This document shows, in pieces, positions 38,631 through 51,792 of a DNA stretch of 64,000 nucleotides. Each line of letters opens with the position of its first letter. The first letter of the stretch is position 1. The position numbers and the translations under genes were made by a program. The stretch is taken from assembly GCA_012026655.1 (NCBI GenBank), contig JAAILG010001607.1:1-64000 (forward strand), read 5' to 3'. Origin of the DNA: Hydrolagus affinis (taxonomy: Eukaryota). The notes under the pieces were generated by a model. That model was not told the origin of the DNA. It saw only the letters and a list, made by a program, of their open reading frames with translations, and searched no databases.

Positions 38631-39238
38631 TCTTCTTCCTCGTTTCCCGACTTATCTGTCTTTTCAAACTTTTGACTCAGGAGAGGAATTCTCTGCCATT
38701 CTGGCTTCTCTGTTGAATCCGGTCATGTGCCATTGAAACCAAAGGAAACTGCAAAAAAAATAGTGCTATGTTCCTGACCTGGGAATTGTAGCAGATGGAT
38801 TTGATGACACTAGTGTCAGCACATTGAGATTTGGAAGGCGGAGTGAGCTGAGCTACATTTACACAACATGCCAGTATTCAATTGAAATCAGCTTGATCTG
38901 TGCTGCATGCGAATCATTGAAATATTTACTTTTTCCCTATTGCCTGTTTCAGATGCTAACAAATTACCAGTCCAATACAGACGCTGTATTCTCACTCACC
39001 TCAAAATAATAGCAGCAAATCTCATTAAGCATTGATTTCCTACACCAAAGGGGCATGTTGTTCCCTATAAACTACAGCTGGTGAATGTACTGTGATTCCA
39101 AGTGGTTTATATATCCTTCTGATGCACTCGAGTTGCTAAAGCTTTCAGGTTTTTCTCAGCTACCCAATTCCTCTGTGGTAATATCTTGTATTTTTTTATT
39201 GTTAGCCACTGATTGACTGTAGCACTGTAGTACATTGT

Positions 39239-39552
39239 GGAGTCCTGTAGCTCAATGGTTAGAGTACTTGCCTCACAAGCAAGAAACCTGGGTTCGATTG
39301 CTAGCAGGGCAAAACCTTGGGCAAGTTTCCTTTCTCCACAAGCCTGATAATAATCCCTCTTGAAAAAACAATAATAAATTGGTCACTTCAAACCGTGACT
39401 GTTTGGGGGACATTGTTGTGCACAATTGGCTGCCGTGTTTTGCCCACAAATACACAGTGAAATCACTTCACAGTATATTCTGTGAAGTGCTTTGAGACAT
39501 CTAGAAGATGTGAAAAAGTGCTATATCAATTGCAAGGATTATTATTATTATT
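39239..39552 (+). mobile_element. Young tRNA-derived SINE, full length
   Basis: Head, body and tail complete. Confidence 0.92.
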
Positions 39553-39764
39553 GCACTGGAAATTAGTCAATAAAGAAGTATAAGAAAGCTTCAACAATGA
39601 TGGAACTAGCGGTCGAATATGAACAAAATTAAAACATTATGAGATTGGTTGGGATGAACAAGGCACTCCAACCCAATTGATTTCATCCTTTAGAACCCTA
39701 TCCTTCTCTAATCACACATCGCAAAATCAAGGTTTAATGAAAAAAAATTCCAGTGTCTCACAAC

Positions 39765-39861
39765 CTGTTCCAGTCATTATTTGCCTTCTGGAACAGCTTC
39801 CTGGTATTTGTCTTAAAATTGGCTTTTGTGTTATCCTCTTGTTCTTCTGTCTTGCTGCATC
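39765..39861 (-). other. Candidate 97-nt exon
   Basis: Acceptor catccgcataattcag, donor CAG|gttgtg; open as CSKTEEQEDNTKANFKTNTRKLFQKANNDWN (and in a second frame). Confidence 0.3.
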
Positions 39862-40662
39862 CTGAATTATGCGGATGGGATTTAAGTTTTCAAACCAATT
39901 TAAAATGTATAGAATTCTATTTTGTTCCATCTGAGACACAATCTCTCGGTATTGAAGAGTATAATATGTCTAAACATGGCTTAATTCTGCTTGACTCTAA
40001 ACTTGCATTGTTTTCTTCACACTACAGAGTGTGTAAATTGTAGCATCGTCTGAAAATCAGTCCCGATGAGGGAGATGCTTTTCTACATCTAGTTCCTGTG
40101 GAAAACCAATGTCAACTAAGTTGGTTGAATGTTGCAAGGTACAGTAATACTCTAAATTTATATGTGGAAGCTCTGGCCCCAGGAATCAAATCAGTCCAAA
40201 CTGACATACAATAATATTTGTTCTTCTACGCAATGAAATGAATTTGGTGTTATTTCTTTTTGAGTACCTATATATCTCTGACTCAAAAGGTACATTTAAA
40301 TGTATATTTTTTTCAGGGAGCTCAGCAAGCTAAAGTGGGAACTAGGTGAGGTGGAACAGAGTGAGAATTCTGCTGGGGAATTTATTGAGAATGGAAATTC
40401 CTCAGCAAGAGAGCTACCAGAGAGCAAGAAAGAACTTTATTCAGCAGAGGAGTGGGAAATCTTTCTTGACGTAGAGGCAGTCTTATATGTAAGGAGGTAA
40501 ACAAGTCAATTAGCAGTTAATCATGGGGTCATGTGTTGGGGAACTTAGTGAAGTGGAACAGTCCTCACTGACAGAAATATCTGGGAATTATATTCCCAGT
40601 TGCATGTGCAATGTGTGCCTTGTGGGAACTCCAGGATGCATTGGATGCCCTGGACAAACACT

Positions 40663-40850
40663 CAATAATAATAATAATACTTGCATTTGATGTAGCTCTT
40701 TTCACGTCTTCCAGACGTCTCAAAGCGCTTCACAGAATAAACTGTAAAGCTAATTCACTGTATATATGTGAGTGAAATGCTACAGCCAATTGCGCACGGT
40801 AGTGTCCCACAAACAGTTGTGGATTGAATGACCAAATTTATCGTTGTGTT
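40663..40850 (-). mobile_element. tRNA-derived SINE 3' half inside CR1 ORF1
   Basis: (TAA)n then TTGCATTTGATG..TTTCACGTCTTCCAGACGTCTCAAAGCGCTTCAC. Confidence 0.9.
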
Positions 40851-41390
40851 TCTTTTAAATTTTAAGTCAATGTCTTTTTTTAAACAAGTCCTCATAAGAG
40901 GGAGGAGAGAGAGGGGTCATGTGCAGGGCTGCAGTGCTGTGTTTGTGTCTGAGACCGTGTGTTTGTGTTGTACCCGGGGCTCAGCCCCAGAGCTCAGCCC
41001 ATGGCTCAGCCAATGCCTCTCTGGCCTCTTGCGTCAGGAAGTTGTGGGTTCAAGCCCCTTTTCAGATGTTTCTGAGGCAAAATTCAAATACAGATACCGG
41101 GAAAGTCAAATGCATGGATTTTTTTTTTTTGATTCATGGTTTAGTTATTCTGTGTAACAGTTTGGTGCTGTGGGGAATTGTGAGCTGTTTAATGCCAACG
41201 CATCTCTTCCGTGGTCCGTCGCCTCCCTGGTGCCAGGGTTGGAGACATCGATGGAATGGGTGTAAAACGTTCTGTAGCAGAGAAAGGGAACATCCAGAAT
41301 TTGTGGATCCCATGTAGGGATCCATGATGCAGGGAAACAAAATTGCTGAGTTCCTAACAGGGAGAGTATCAGAAGCTAGGGAAGAAGAAG

Positions 41391-41696
41391 AAGCTCAGTG
41401 GTTAGTGCACTTGCCTGATGAACGAGAGACCTGGGTTCGATTCCAGGCAGGTCAGGGGGAAACCTTGGGTAAGTTTCATTATTCCTGATGATAGTCACTC
41501 ATAAAACAATAATAAATTGGCCATTTTAATCTACGACTGTTTGTGGGACACTGCTGTGCGCAATTGGCTGCTGCGTTTCACCCACAAATATACAGTCAAT
41601 TCACTTTACAGTATATTCTGTGAAGCGTTTTGAGACGTCTAGAAGACGTGAAAATTGCAACATCAAATGCAAAGATTATTATGATTATTATTATTA
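41391..41696 (+). mobile_element. Young tRNA-derived SINE inside CR1 ORF1
   Basis: Complete copy; CR1 sequence resumes at TTAAAGAATAGG. Confidence 0.92.
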
Positions 41697-43122
41697 AAGA
41701 ATAGGATCTGAAAGGTGGTGATCTCTGGATTACTCCCAGTGCCTCTTGCAAGTGAATATCAAAACAGACGAATTAAACACATGAATGGGTGGCTGGAGGA
41801 ATGCTGCAGACAGGAGGGCTTTGTGTTTTGGGATAACTGGGACCAGTTCTGTTTGGGGACAGAACAAATACATTCCCACAAAGGTAGTTACCAAATGTAG
41901 GGCATACAAACCTTGCTGGATGACTGAGAAATTTGGATTAAAAAAAAGGTTTATGATAAATATCAGGTCCAAAATACAGAAGGCAATCAAATAGAATATA
42001 GAAAGTACAGAGGAGAACTGTAAAAGAAAATAAGTGGGGCAAAGAGATTGTATGAGGAAAGATTAGGGGTAGATTGAAAGGGAACCCTTAGGTGTTATAT
42101 AAGCATATCAAGAATAAAAGATGAGTCTAAATTGGGTCCTATTAGGGACTAAAGAGAAAATCTTGTGGAAGCCAAGGGTGTGGCCGAGCCACTGAATGCA
42201 TGAGAACTTTGCACCCATTTTGACAAAAGAGAAGGATGCAGTCAAAGACACGGTATGGGAGGAGAAGGTAGGGAAATTGGATGAGATAAGAATAAACCAA
42301 GAGGAGCTACTAAAAAGCTTGTCAGTGATACGATGGGTTGCATCCTAGGTTACTGGGTGAAGTAAGGATGGAAATAATAGAGGCTATGGCCACAATCTTT
42401 CAATCCTCCTTGGACACAGGGATGGTGGCAGAGAGCGGAAGGGTTACAAATATTTCTCCCCTGAACATAAAGGTGCGCAAGAATAAACTGTGAACTAAAT
42501 GCCAGTCAGCCTAATGTCAGTAGTGGGGAAACTGGAGACTATAATCCAAGAGAAAATAAAGAGTCATTTAAAAAAATATGGATTAGTAAAAGACAGTCAC
42601 GACAGATTTGTTGAAGGCAAATTATGTCTTACAAACCTGATTCCTTGATGAAGTCACGGAGAGGGTCGATGAATGTAGTGCAGTTGATGTCGTTTACATG
42701 GATTTTTAAAAGGTGCTGGATAAAGTGCCGCATATGAGACTTCTAAGCAAAATAGAAGCTCGTGGTATTAAAGTGCCAGTGGCAGGACGGATACAGAATT
42801 GGTTGGGAGACAGAAAGCGGAGAGTGGTGGCGAACGGTTGGTTGTTTTTCTAACTGGAGGGAGGTGTGTAACGATGTCCCCCAGGGGTTTGGTATTGGGA
42901 CCACTGCTGTTTTCGGTCTACATGAAATTACCTGGACTTGGATATAGGGAGTACAATTTCCAAGTTTGCAGATGGGAAAAGTTGTAAACAGTGATGAGGA
43001 TAATAGCCACAAGAGGATGTAGACAGACTGGTAAAATGGGCAGGCACGTGGCAGTTTAACGAGAATGAATGCAAAGTGATGCATTTTGGAAGGAAAAATG
43101 AGAAGAAACAGTATACAAATAA

Positions 43123-43402
43123 CATAATAATTGCATTTGATACAGTGCTTCTCATGTCTTCTAGACATCTCAAACTGCTTCACAGAATATACTGTAAAAT
43201 GAATTGATTATATTTGTGGGTGAAAAGCAGCAGCCAATTGCACATGGCAGTGTCCCACAAACAGTTGTGGATTGAAATTACAATTTATTGCTGATATATT
43301 TTCAGGAGATTATTGTTAGGCGTATGGAGTAAGGAAACTTGCCCAAGGTTTTGCCCTGCCTGGAATTGAACTCAGGTCTCTCGCTTGCAAGGCAAGTGGT
43401 CT
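43123..43402 (-). mobile_element. Young tRNA-derived SINE inside CR1 ORF2
   Basis: Complete reverse-complement copy between GAAGAAACAGTAT and AAGCTAAATGG. Confidence 0.92.
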
Positions 43403-43881
43403 AACCACTGAGCTACAGGACTTTAAGCTAAATGGTAGAATCTTAAGTGGGGAAAGGAACAGAGAGACCTGGGAGTTCATATAAATAAATCTTTGAAGAT
43501 GGTAGGACAGCTAGATAAATAGAAACCATACAGCACACTAAGCTTTATAAATAGGGGCATAGAATACAAATGTCAGGAAGTTATGATGAATCTTTATAAA
43601 ACACTGGTTAGGCCTCAGCCTGAGCAATATGTTCAGTTCTGGGCACCACACTTTTGGAAGGACGTCAAGGTATTGGAGAGATCGCAAAGGAGAATTACCC
43701 GGATAGTAACGAGGAATGGTGGACCTCAGTTATCAGGTGAGGATAGAGAAGCTAGGATTATTCTCCTTGGAACAGAGGAGTTTAAGAGGAGGTTTAATAG
43801 AAGTTTTCAAAATTATCAGGGGAATTGATAGGGTGAACAAAGAGAAACTATTTCCACTATCTGGAAAGCTGGATTAATCAA

Positions 43882-44050
43882 GCAGTATCCCAATGCACAC
43901 TGTAGAGTCCCCAAGCATTGACTCTCATGAATCTGCATGAAATACTCTCCAAAATTAGGTAAGCACTGAGGATACATCCTGCTACAGAGAGAGTGCAAAC
44001 TGCAATCCAAAGTCAGGGAAAATATCCATATGTAGGTGGCATACACGTGC
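43882..44050 (+). repeat. Unclassified repeat copy
   Basis: GTATCCCAATGCACACTGTAGAGTCCCCAAG...CCAAAATTAGGTAAGCA...GTAGGTGG. Confidence 0.55.
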
Positions 44051-44951
44051 GGAACTCTCAGTCTAGTTAGGATATTCTAAGCATAGTAATTGATTTCTGC
44101 GTGGTGTCAGATACCTGGCTGACTAAAAGTAAAATACTGTCCTGTGGTGGAAAATATGGAACACTTGGAACAAGAAAAAACACATTTGATTCATGCATAG
44201 CTAGCCATTGTTAGCAATGTCTGACAAGCCTATCTCATTGCCTATCTCATTAAAGACGCCATTAGGGCTTTGGCTAGCAGGGTTAATTTCAGTCAGTGGA
44301 AGAAATGCGTACAGGAGTCGGTGGAAGGAATGTGTGCTGGCTCAAATCATTCATTCCGCTGTTGTGTGTTAATTTTTTCATGAGCTCCGGTAACTTTGTT
44401 TTTGGCAGACCCACAGCTAGAACTTTGCTCACACTGTCTGAATGAAATGTCAGAGTCTGGTGCATTGGCACAGTGTACCGTCCTTTCCACAAAACAGAAA
44501 ATGTTGCAGTGCCAAAACCAAAATTATTTTTGGAGCAATTTCATCTCACCTCACTTATAAGATGGATTGATTCAAAGGCTTGTGCAGAATTATGAACAAT
44601 AGATAAGATGATGGGCACAATAATATTCTTGCTTTCTGGGACGTCCTCCTGACGTGAAATGCAATTTTGTTGTTGCTGCTTCTGTAAGAGGAGCTTGTAT
44701 TTGAAATGGACTCATGCTAGAATTGACAGAAGAGTCCTTGTTGCTTTGCATTAGACATAATATTTTACCTAGTATTAGGCAGTAGTCCTATTCAATTTAA
44801 ATTTTTATGATTTCACACATTTGTTAAAAAAAACCTTAAATCAGTTTTAATTTGGAAGGCAATCGTTTTCAAAGACTGAAAAAAAACATGTTTTGTTTCA
44901 AATAAGATTTTATTTAAGGATTTTCCATGACTCTGCACAACCTTAAACATT

Positions 44952-45113
44952 TCAGACAAAATGTTTTTTATTGAATAAAAGTAAACCAAACTTCAGTCCT
45001 AAAGAACCTAATGTGGAAAACACCCATTTGTCAAAGCTAACATCATTCATTGTGATAAGTACATTGTATACAGCACAGTAGGAGGGAACAACTTTGTTTT
45101 CATCAACAGATAG
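44952..45113 (-). other. Candidate exon remnant
   Basis: Acceptor catatgttccttcag; phase-0 frame open for 53 codons (LSVDENKVVPSYCAVYNVLITMNDVSFDKWVF...). No clear donor. Confidence 0.25.
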
Positions 45114-45506
45114 CTGAAGGAACATATGGGCAAACACATAAAGGATTAACAAATCTGAAAAAATAAACATTTTTAGTACATTTACATCATTACTGACTCA
45201 TAGCATCTGTCAGCCCTAGCATCTGTTCCGAGTCCTGAATAATAAAAATGTCTGTTGCAAATTGCAATTTTGCAGTACACTGTATATAATATGTTTCTCA
45301 ACTACAAATTAATATACAGTAATATGTTTACTGAACATTAGCTGGAACCACAGATTGATTTTTGAATTATCTGAAATTTAATAAATCAATGCATTTGTGC
45401 AATTATTTGCTTGCTATTTTAGATCTATTTTCTGCTACTATTGTAGAAAAACACATCAGCTATAGAATTTCTTGTTGCAAAAATTGCTAGTGATCAACTA
45501 TAAATT

Positions 45507-45573
45507 CTGAGCTCTCTGAGACGCCGTCCAATGTGGAGGGCGCTATATAAATCTAAGTTATTTTTGTTGTCAC
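45507..45573 (+). mobile_element. Minimal L2 type B tail insertion with 15-bp TSD
   Basis: Flanked by GATCAACTATAAATT (45492-45506) and GATCAACCATAAATT (45574-45588). Confidence 0.75.
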
Positions 45574-45607
45574 GATCAACCATAAATTATCAGTGATCAA
45601 ATATGAC

Positions 45608-47217
45608 ATGAAACCGACCACCTGTTCCCTCAATCCCATTCTTCCACCTCTCCTTACCTCCCAGCTCCACATTCTTCCCTCCTCATCATAGAAATCACAA
45701 ATTTCACACTGTCCACTAACACCATTTCCACCCCTTTAGAAACATCCATCATCATTCCTATCCTTAAAAAATCCTCCCTGAACCCATCCCTCAAACTACC
45801 AATTCGCCACCAACCTCCCTTTCCTTACCAAGATCCTAGAATGAGTAGTTGCTTCTGGGCTTTGATCCTTCCTCTTCCACCACTCCCTTCACAAACCCCT
45901 CCAATTGGGCTTCCATGTCGTCCACAGCACAGAAACAGCTTTGGTCAAAGTGACACCAAACCTTTTTGTCCACTGCTTCCTCGTCCTCCTTGACCTCTTT
46001 GCCTGCCACCAATAACATTGGTCACTCTATCTTCCTCCACCGCCTCTTCACTCACCTCGACCGTCATGGTTCTGTCATTGAATGGTTCAGATCCTAACAC
46101 TCAGACCATTTCCAATTTATCTCCGCAAACAGCTTCTCCACTATCCCCACACCATGTTGTGCGGATTTACCCGGGGCTCTGACTTAGGTCAGTTAAACTC
46201 CTTTTCATTATCAATATGCTTTCTCTTGGTGACATCATCTGCAAATATGGGATTAATTTCCACATGTATGCGGATGTCACCCAACTCTATCTGTCTGCCT
46301 CCACCCTTGACAGAATGTCTGTTAGGCATTAAGTACTGGATGATAGCTGACTTTCTCCAGTTGAACATCAACAAGACAAAGCCCCCCCCTGATTAGCTTC
46401 TGTCAGCGCATCCACACCTCAGCTGCTGACAGCCTCACCATCCAAGGATGCACACTCTATCTCATTAAGCCAGTCCACAATCTTGGCATCTTGTTTGACT
46501 CTCAACTGTCCTTTCTACCCTTCATCCATGCTGTGACACGCTCTGCCTTCCCCCACCTTCTCAACATTACCTGGCTCTGCCACTGTCTGACAACATAGGC
46601 TGCCAATACCCTCATACATGCATTCATAACATCCAGGCTCAACTAAGCAAATCCCCTGCTTATTGGCCTCCCCAACTCCTCCCTCCATAGGGTGCAGAGT
46701 ATCCAAAACTCTGCAGCCTGTGTCCTTTCCCGCATTAGGCTCAGTGACCCTATCACCCCCATCCTCACCCAACTCCAGTGGTTTCCCATCACACATAGAG
46801 CATACAATTCAAGATCCTGGTCCTCACCTTCAAAGCCCTTCATAGCTTCACTGCCCCATATCTCTGCGACATCCTAACCCCCTACTCACCTGCTGCACCT
46901 TCTACTCAGCGAACTCTGGCCTGCTTCACACACCCACCTCGACCGCCCACCCCCACCTATGGCTGGGATTCTGCTGCTCTACCCCAACCTTCTGGAGCTC
47001 TATCCTGCAGTCATCTGCCTTGCCCCATCCATGGCTACTTCAAGATATTTTCAAGACCCTCCTCTTTGACCGTATCTTTGGTCACCCTCCATCTTCCCTT
47101 GCCCTCCAATCACCCTGATCCCAACCCCTAGCTCGGGTCCAAAACCTTGATTACCCAACACCTTGGGAAATCCTTCCGACATAAAATGCGCTCTACAAAT
47201 GTAATTTTCTTGTTGTT
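45608..47217 (+). mobile_element. L2 LINE, ~1.6 kb, RT through 3' end
   Basis: MKPTTCSL.PIP, STETALVKV, HMYAD..QLY, FLQLNINKT and IQNSAACVLSR..SDPITPILTQLQWFPI motifs, with a type A tail. Confidence 0.92.
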
Positions 47218-47464
47218 ATATTTTATCAAATTTGCAGCAATATTTTGAACATTAAACCCAAATTGGGCATGGTGTCTCAAGTTCCCATTGCAAGACCTTC
47301 TTTATTCCATATGCCTTCAGTCACCCACTGACCCCCACTCCCTTGCGTTCCACCACTCTTGATTCCAATCCCCAGCTTTGATGCAAATAGCAGTTTGGGA
47401 TAGTCACCTAACATGAAATGTGCTGTATGAATGTAATTTATTGTTGTTGTTGTTGCAATTCCAC

Positions 47465-47745
47465 ACCAACAAAATTACATTCATATTGCACCTTTCACGT
47501 TGGGAGAACGTCCTAAGTTTGCTGAACAATCAGGATGGGACCTGAGCAAGGGAGAGGGGCGGGCATTGTGGATGGGTGGGAGAGAGTTAGGAGGGGAGGG
47601 AGAGAGTTGAAAGGGCAGCAGAAGGCACGGTTGAAGAGGAGGGTCTTGAGGCCGGCCTTGAAGGGGGAGAGGGAGGGAGCAAGGCGAAGGGACTGTGGGA
47701 TGGAGTTTCAGAGTGTGGGAACAGAGAGGCTGAAAGCCTGGCAAT
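47465..47745 (-). mobile_element. L2 3' fragment
   Basis: Matches 50478-50750. Confidence 0.85.
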
Positions 47746-48659
47746 AGCATAGAATGCACCGGCAGACACTTTAAGCATCAACAGCCATCATTAGCACAAG
47801 AAGGGGCGAACACTCATCCCAAAAACTAAACAATACATATTAGCTCTAATCACCAGATAGCCTGGAGTGATTTTAGTAACCTAATGCCAACATTCAAATT
47901 CAAATAGCACCTGAACTGCTCAATCAGATAATTGCTTTGTAAATCCATGGTGACCCTCTAATTACTTGTCTATGAATTGGGCCAGGGGACTGATGCAAAT
48001 GCTAGTCGGTGCTAGCAGCAGTAATATGAAGGGCTTTTTGGTGACTTTACATGCAACAATATATATTGTATTCCCATGTATATCAACAGATGTGACCTCC
48101 ACTGCCCACCAGCTGCCCTACTTTCCCGCTATCCCTTCATGATAGGCATACAGATGAATGGAGCAGAACAAAGGATAATAACTCAAAATGCACAAGAAGT
48201 TCTAGTCTATCTTTGGCCTGCTACGGAGAAGTGTCATACAACTGTAACCTACGTCATTCACTGCTCCTCTGGGTCTGACAACTCTGCTGGAGTCTGACAA
48301 CTCTGTAATCCGACTGCAAAAATAAGGAGGTGACTGTCCTCTGAGCGTGGCACCTTGGCATCTGGTTCATGACTCCCAAGGCAACTTTTTAAGTCTTGGT
48401 CTTGAAAGATAGCCCTCCTCTCTGAGACTGTGGGGCCCTTTCTTAAATAAGCCCTGTCCCCTCCCTCACCTTTGGAAGTCTCTGCAGAATCTTCTGAAGC
48501 CAGATGGCCAATACCTAAAATGTAGCCAGGTACTATGTGCTTTAGCTGGGATTGAGAGTCCTGATGCTAGTGACTGTAGAGAAGAGAGTGACAAATGCAA
48601 TCCATTGGTACTGGAGGTAGCTTCAGTCTTTTTTTGGGTAAAGAAAACCTGCTGCCACT

Positions 48660-48850
48660 TCAATGCTTCCAATATCCAAAGAATGTTGAGAATGGTGAGA
48701 ATGTGGAACACTCCCAGAAGCTATAGTTGCAGCAAATAACATCACTGTATTTAAGAGAAAACTTGAATTAATGAGAGGGTAGGGAATAGTAGGAGTGAGG
48801 ATTTGTTTGGAGTATAAATGCTGGTATGGACGAGTTCGGCTGAATGACAA
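48660..48850 (+). mobile_element. Decayed CR1 3' end
   Basis: GTGAGAATGTGGAACACTCCC..TTTAAGAG..GCTGGTATGGAC..GGCTGAATG. Confidence 0.55.
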
Positions 48851-48949
48851 ATGTCAATTTGATGGTCTGGATTGTCATTTTTATTTGTTCTTATGGTTTT
48901 ACATGAGTAAGAATTTCATACAAGAATAAATAAACTAGTGGCCCACAAG

Positions 48950-49430
48950 ACTAATTTTAATCTGCCCATTCTTCTAGCCTGTTTATGTCTTCCTGCAATC
49001 TTCTTCAATTATCTTCACTGTTTGTTCTGCCCCCCAAGTTTGGTTCCATCTGCAAATTTTTAGACTAAACCTTCTATACCTACAGTATATCCAAATCATT
49101 TATGTATATGGTGGATAGTAATTTTCCTCACATGGATCCCTATTGAACCACTTCCTACTTCTTCACGGACCCTCAACTCCTTAACTCCTTAACATTCTTA
49201 ACTCTTACCCTTTGTTTTCAGTTTCCTAAATATTTTTTAATCCAATCTGCTACCTCTTCCACAATTCCACATGCCCCTATTTGAGTCATGAGCCTTGTAG
49301 AAATATAGATGGACTATATCCATTGTGTTTCGCTCATCAATTTTATTGGTTACATCTTCAAAGAGTTCAGTAAGGTTGGTGAAGGATGACTTTCCTTTTG
49401 TAAATCTATACTGGCTACTCAATTATATTC
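48950..49430 (-). mobile_element. Decayed CR1 RT fragment
   Basis: QYRFTKGKSSFTNLTELFEDVT..IDE....DIVHL.F.KA.D and KFAD motifs. Confidence 0.75.
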
Positions 49431-50477
49431 TACTTCTCCAAATGACCAGTTCGTAACTCTTGTATTCGAGATATCTAGTCTGACTTCTTCCTGTTTATAA
49501 TATGCTAATGAATTATTGAAACAATTTTGAATCAACTCATGCATTTAAATATTCATAGTACAGTACTTATCTGACTGACTAGTGAAAACAATTATGACTT
49601 GGAGATGAGACATATATTTATTATTTAATCCCTTCAGGAAATTTTCACAGCAGTATTCAGTCATCTTTGAACACTGGGGTGAGAGGTAACTTGAATGATT
49701 TAGTTTGGAATATTTCTTTTCCTCTTTTGATCTTGTATACATTTATACAAAAAAATCTGGAACTTCCATCAAAGTTGGTTTAACTGCTGTTCCGTTAACA
49801 TAATTTAAAGGGGAATAGTCCACAACTGAGTTTGTTCATTTCTTGCAAAGATCTTTGTCAGACATGAACTTCAGACTCTTTCTCAGCGCTTTGGGACGTT
49901 CTCCCGACGAAAGCTGATGTATAGGTGCAATTTTGCTGTTTGTTGTTGTTGTTTCTGTGGTGTTGACTGCATATTCTTTGTTTATCCTGTCATTGATACT
50001 ATTGTATTCACCAGCGATCTTGATCAGATCACATAGTCCATTTCCCAGCAAGATGTCATATCCCATGTCCTTTTTTTGGTCAGAATGATGCCTGAGATCA
50101 GGTCATCAACAACAACAACAAAATTACATTTCTAGAGCGCCTTTCACGCAATAGTTAAGAGTATTTAGATTAGACTGGGAATGGTACCTTTGCACAGAAC
50201 CTACACACAGAAAGCCTGCTGTGTCTCAAAGGGACAATCTGTCCCCGGAAGACAACCCTGTTAACTTAAATTCAGAAAGTATTCGGAACAGGTTGGATTC
50301 AAATTGTGCATTGGGGTACCACTGAATCCATCCAGCTAAACACAACTACATAGCCTGTCATTGATAGTGTGTCTGGCAAGCTTCCCAATGCTTGTCCAGT
50401 TACGACCACATGACCGATTTGGGCTTTGATTTATAGTTAACAGGGGCCAAGTGGGAAGAATGATCTGCCCCAAACCC

Positions 50478-51052
50478 ATCAACGACAACAACAACAAAAT
50501 TGCATTTATAGAGCGCATTTCACGTCAGGAGGACGTCCCAAGGTGCTGAACAGTCAGGTCAAGACCCGAGCAAGGGAGGGAAGCAGGGTAGGAGGTGGGG
50601 AGGGAGAGATTTGGGAGGGCAGCAGAAGGCACAGTCAAAGAGGAGGGTCTTGAGACCAGCCTTGAAGGAGGCGAGGGAGGGAGCGAGGCGATGGGACTGT
50701 GGGATGGAGTTCCAGAGTGTGGGGGCAGAGAGGCTGAAAGCCCATCCACCGATGGTAGGGCGGGTTGTGCGGGCGACATGGAGTAGGCCGGAGCTCGCTG
50801 AATGGAGGGGGCTGGGAGGTTCATAGGGTGACAGCAGGTCAGAGAGTTGGGTGGGGGGCAAGGTCGTAAATGGCCTTGAAGATGAGGAAGAGGATTTTGA
50901 ATTCGATCCTCTGGGGGATTGGGAGCCAATGGAGCCGGGCAAGGGTGGGAGTGATGTGGTCGTGGAGCTTGGTGTGGGTGAGGACATGAGCTGCAGAGTT
51001 CTGGATGATCTGCAATTTGTGAAGGGAAGAACCAGGAAGACCGACGAAGGCT
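50478..51052 (-). mobile_element. L2 3' fragment, type A end, well preserved
   Basis: LSDLLSPY..SASSGLLHV..TIGGWAFSLSAPTLWNSIPQS.RLAPSLASFKAGLKTLLFD plus stem-loop and (TTG)n. Confidence 0.93.
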
Positions 51053-51792
51053 GTTAATCTAATAAATACCTATTAATTTATAGTACTGAGGTTTCTGGAT
51101 ATGTGTAGGAAAATGTATAACATAGCAAATAACAATTTTAGGTAATACCATTGGCACAGCTGGGCTATCATTCAACAACATAAAAGTGAAGATGATCAAA
51201 TACACTATGGAACATCATAGTTCTGCGATTGGAATAATTGGAGTGTCAACTGGAAAAGGTAACAAATAAGGTTGTATTGTGAAAACATGAAGATGGATAG
51301 ATATATTTTGAGTTTTATTTGATTATCTTTAGGAAGTAGGAGCATTGAACATAGTATTGCCCAGACACAGATTAATTAGATTAAATAATTGTACGTGATT
51401 TGCGGAAAGAGTGTGGTTGACAAGCCAAATGGCTTTTCTGTTCTAAATTTCTTTTCTAATATAGCCGCTAGAGATGAATGTTTAATTGTCTTTCTGCTCA
51501 TTATAATATGAATTCCATTTCTTTTTATGCTTTGATTAGCACATAACTATAAAAAAACACTGATTAAATGAAAGCTTTTGAAATTATTCTTAAACAGCCT
51601 TAAATTAGTGAACACAAATATTTCTCACAGCAATTAGGCTTACAGTCTTCTATTTTCACTCCAGAACTAATTTTAAGAACTGCACATAGAGCTTGACAAT
51701 ATGATATTGATTATTTGAGGCACATTCCTATTTAGTTTTAGTATTCGTACATATATTTAGCAGAATGTTCATTTTCAAGGTTAAAATAAATC

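Larger units (their letters stand above)
40300..43870 (+). mobile_element. Near-full-length but deleted CR1 LINE fossil with nested SINEs
   Basis: ORF1 N-terminal VACAMCALWELQDA (~40600); ORF1 SGNH-esterase-like KVVISGLLPVP..EY.NRRI..MNGWLEE.CR.EGF..W (41715-41850); ORF2 motifs PVSL.SVVGK, VDVVYMDF, VPQG, KFAD, LYKTLVRP..EQYVQFWAPH. Confidence 0.88.
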
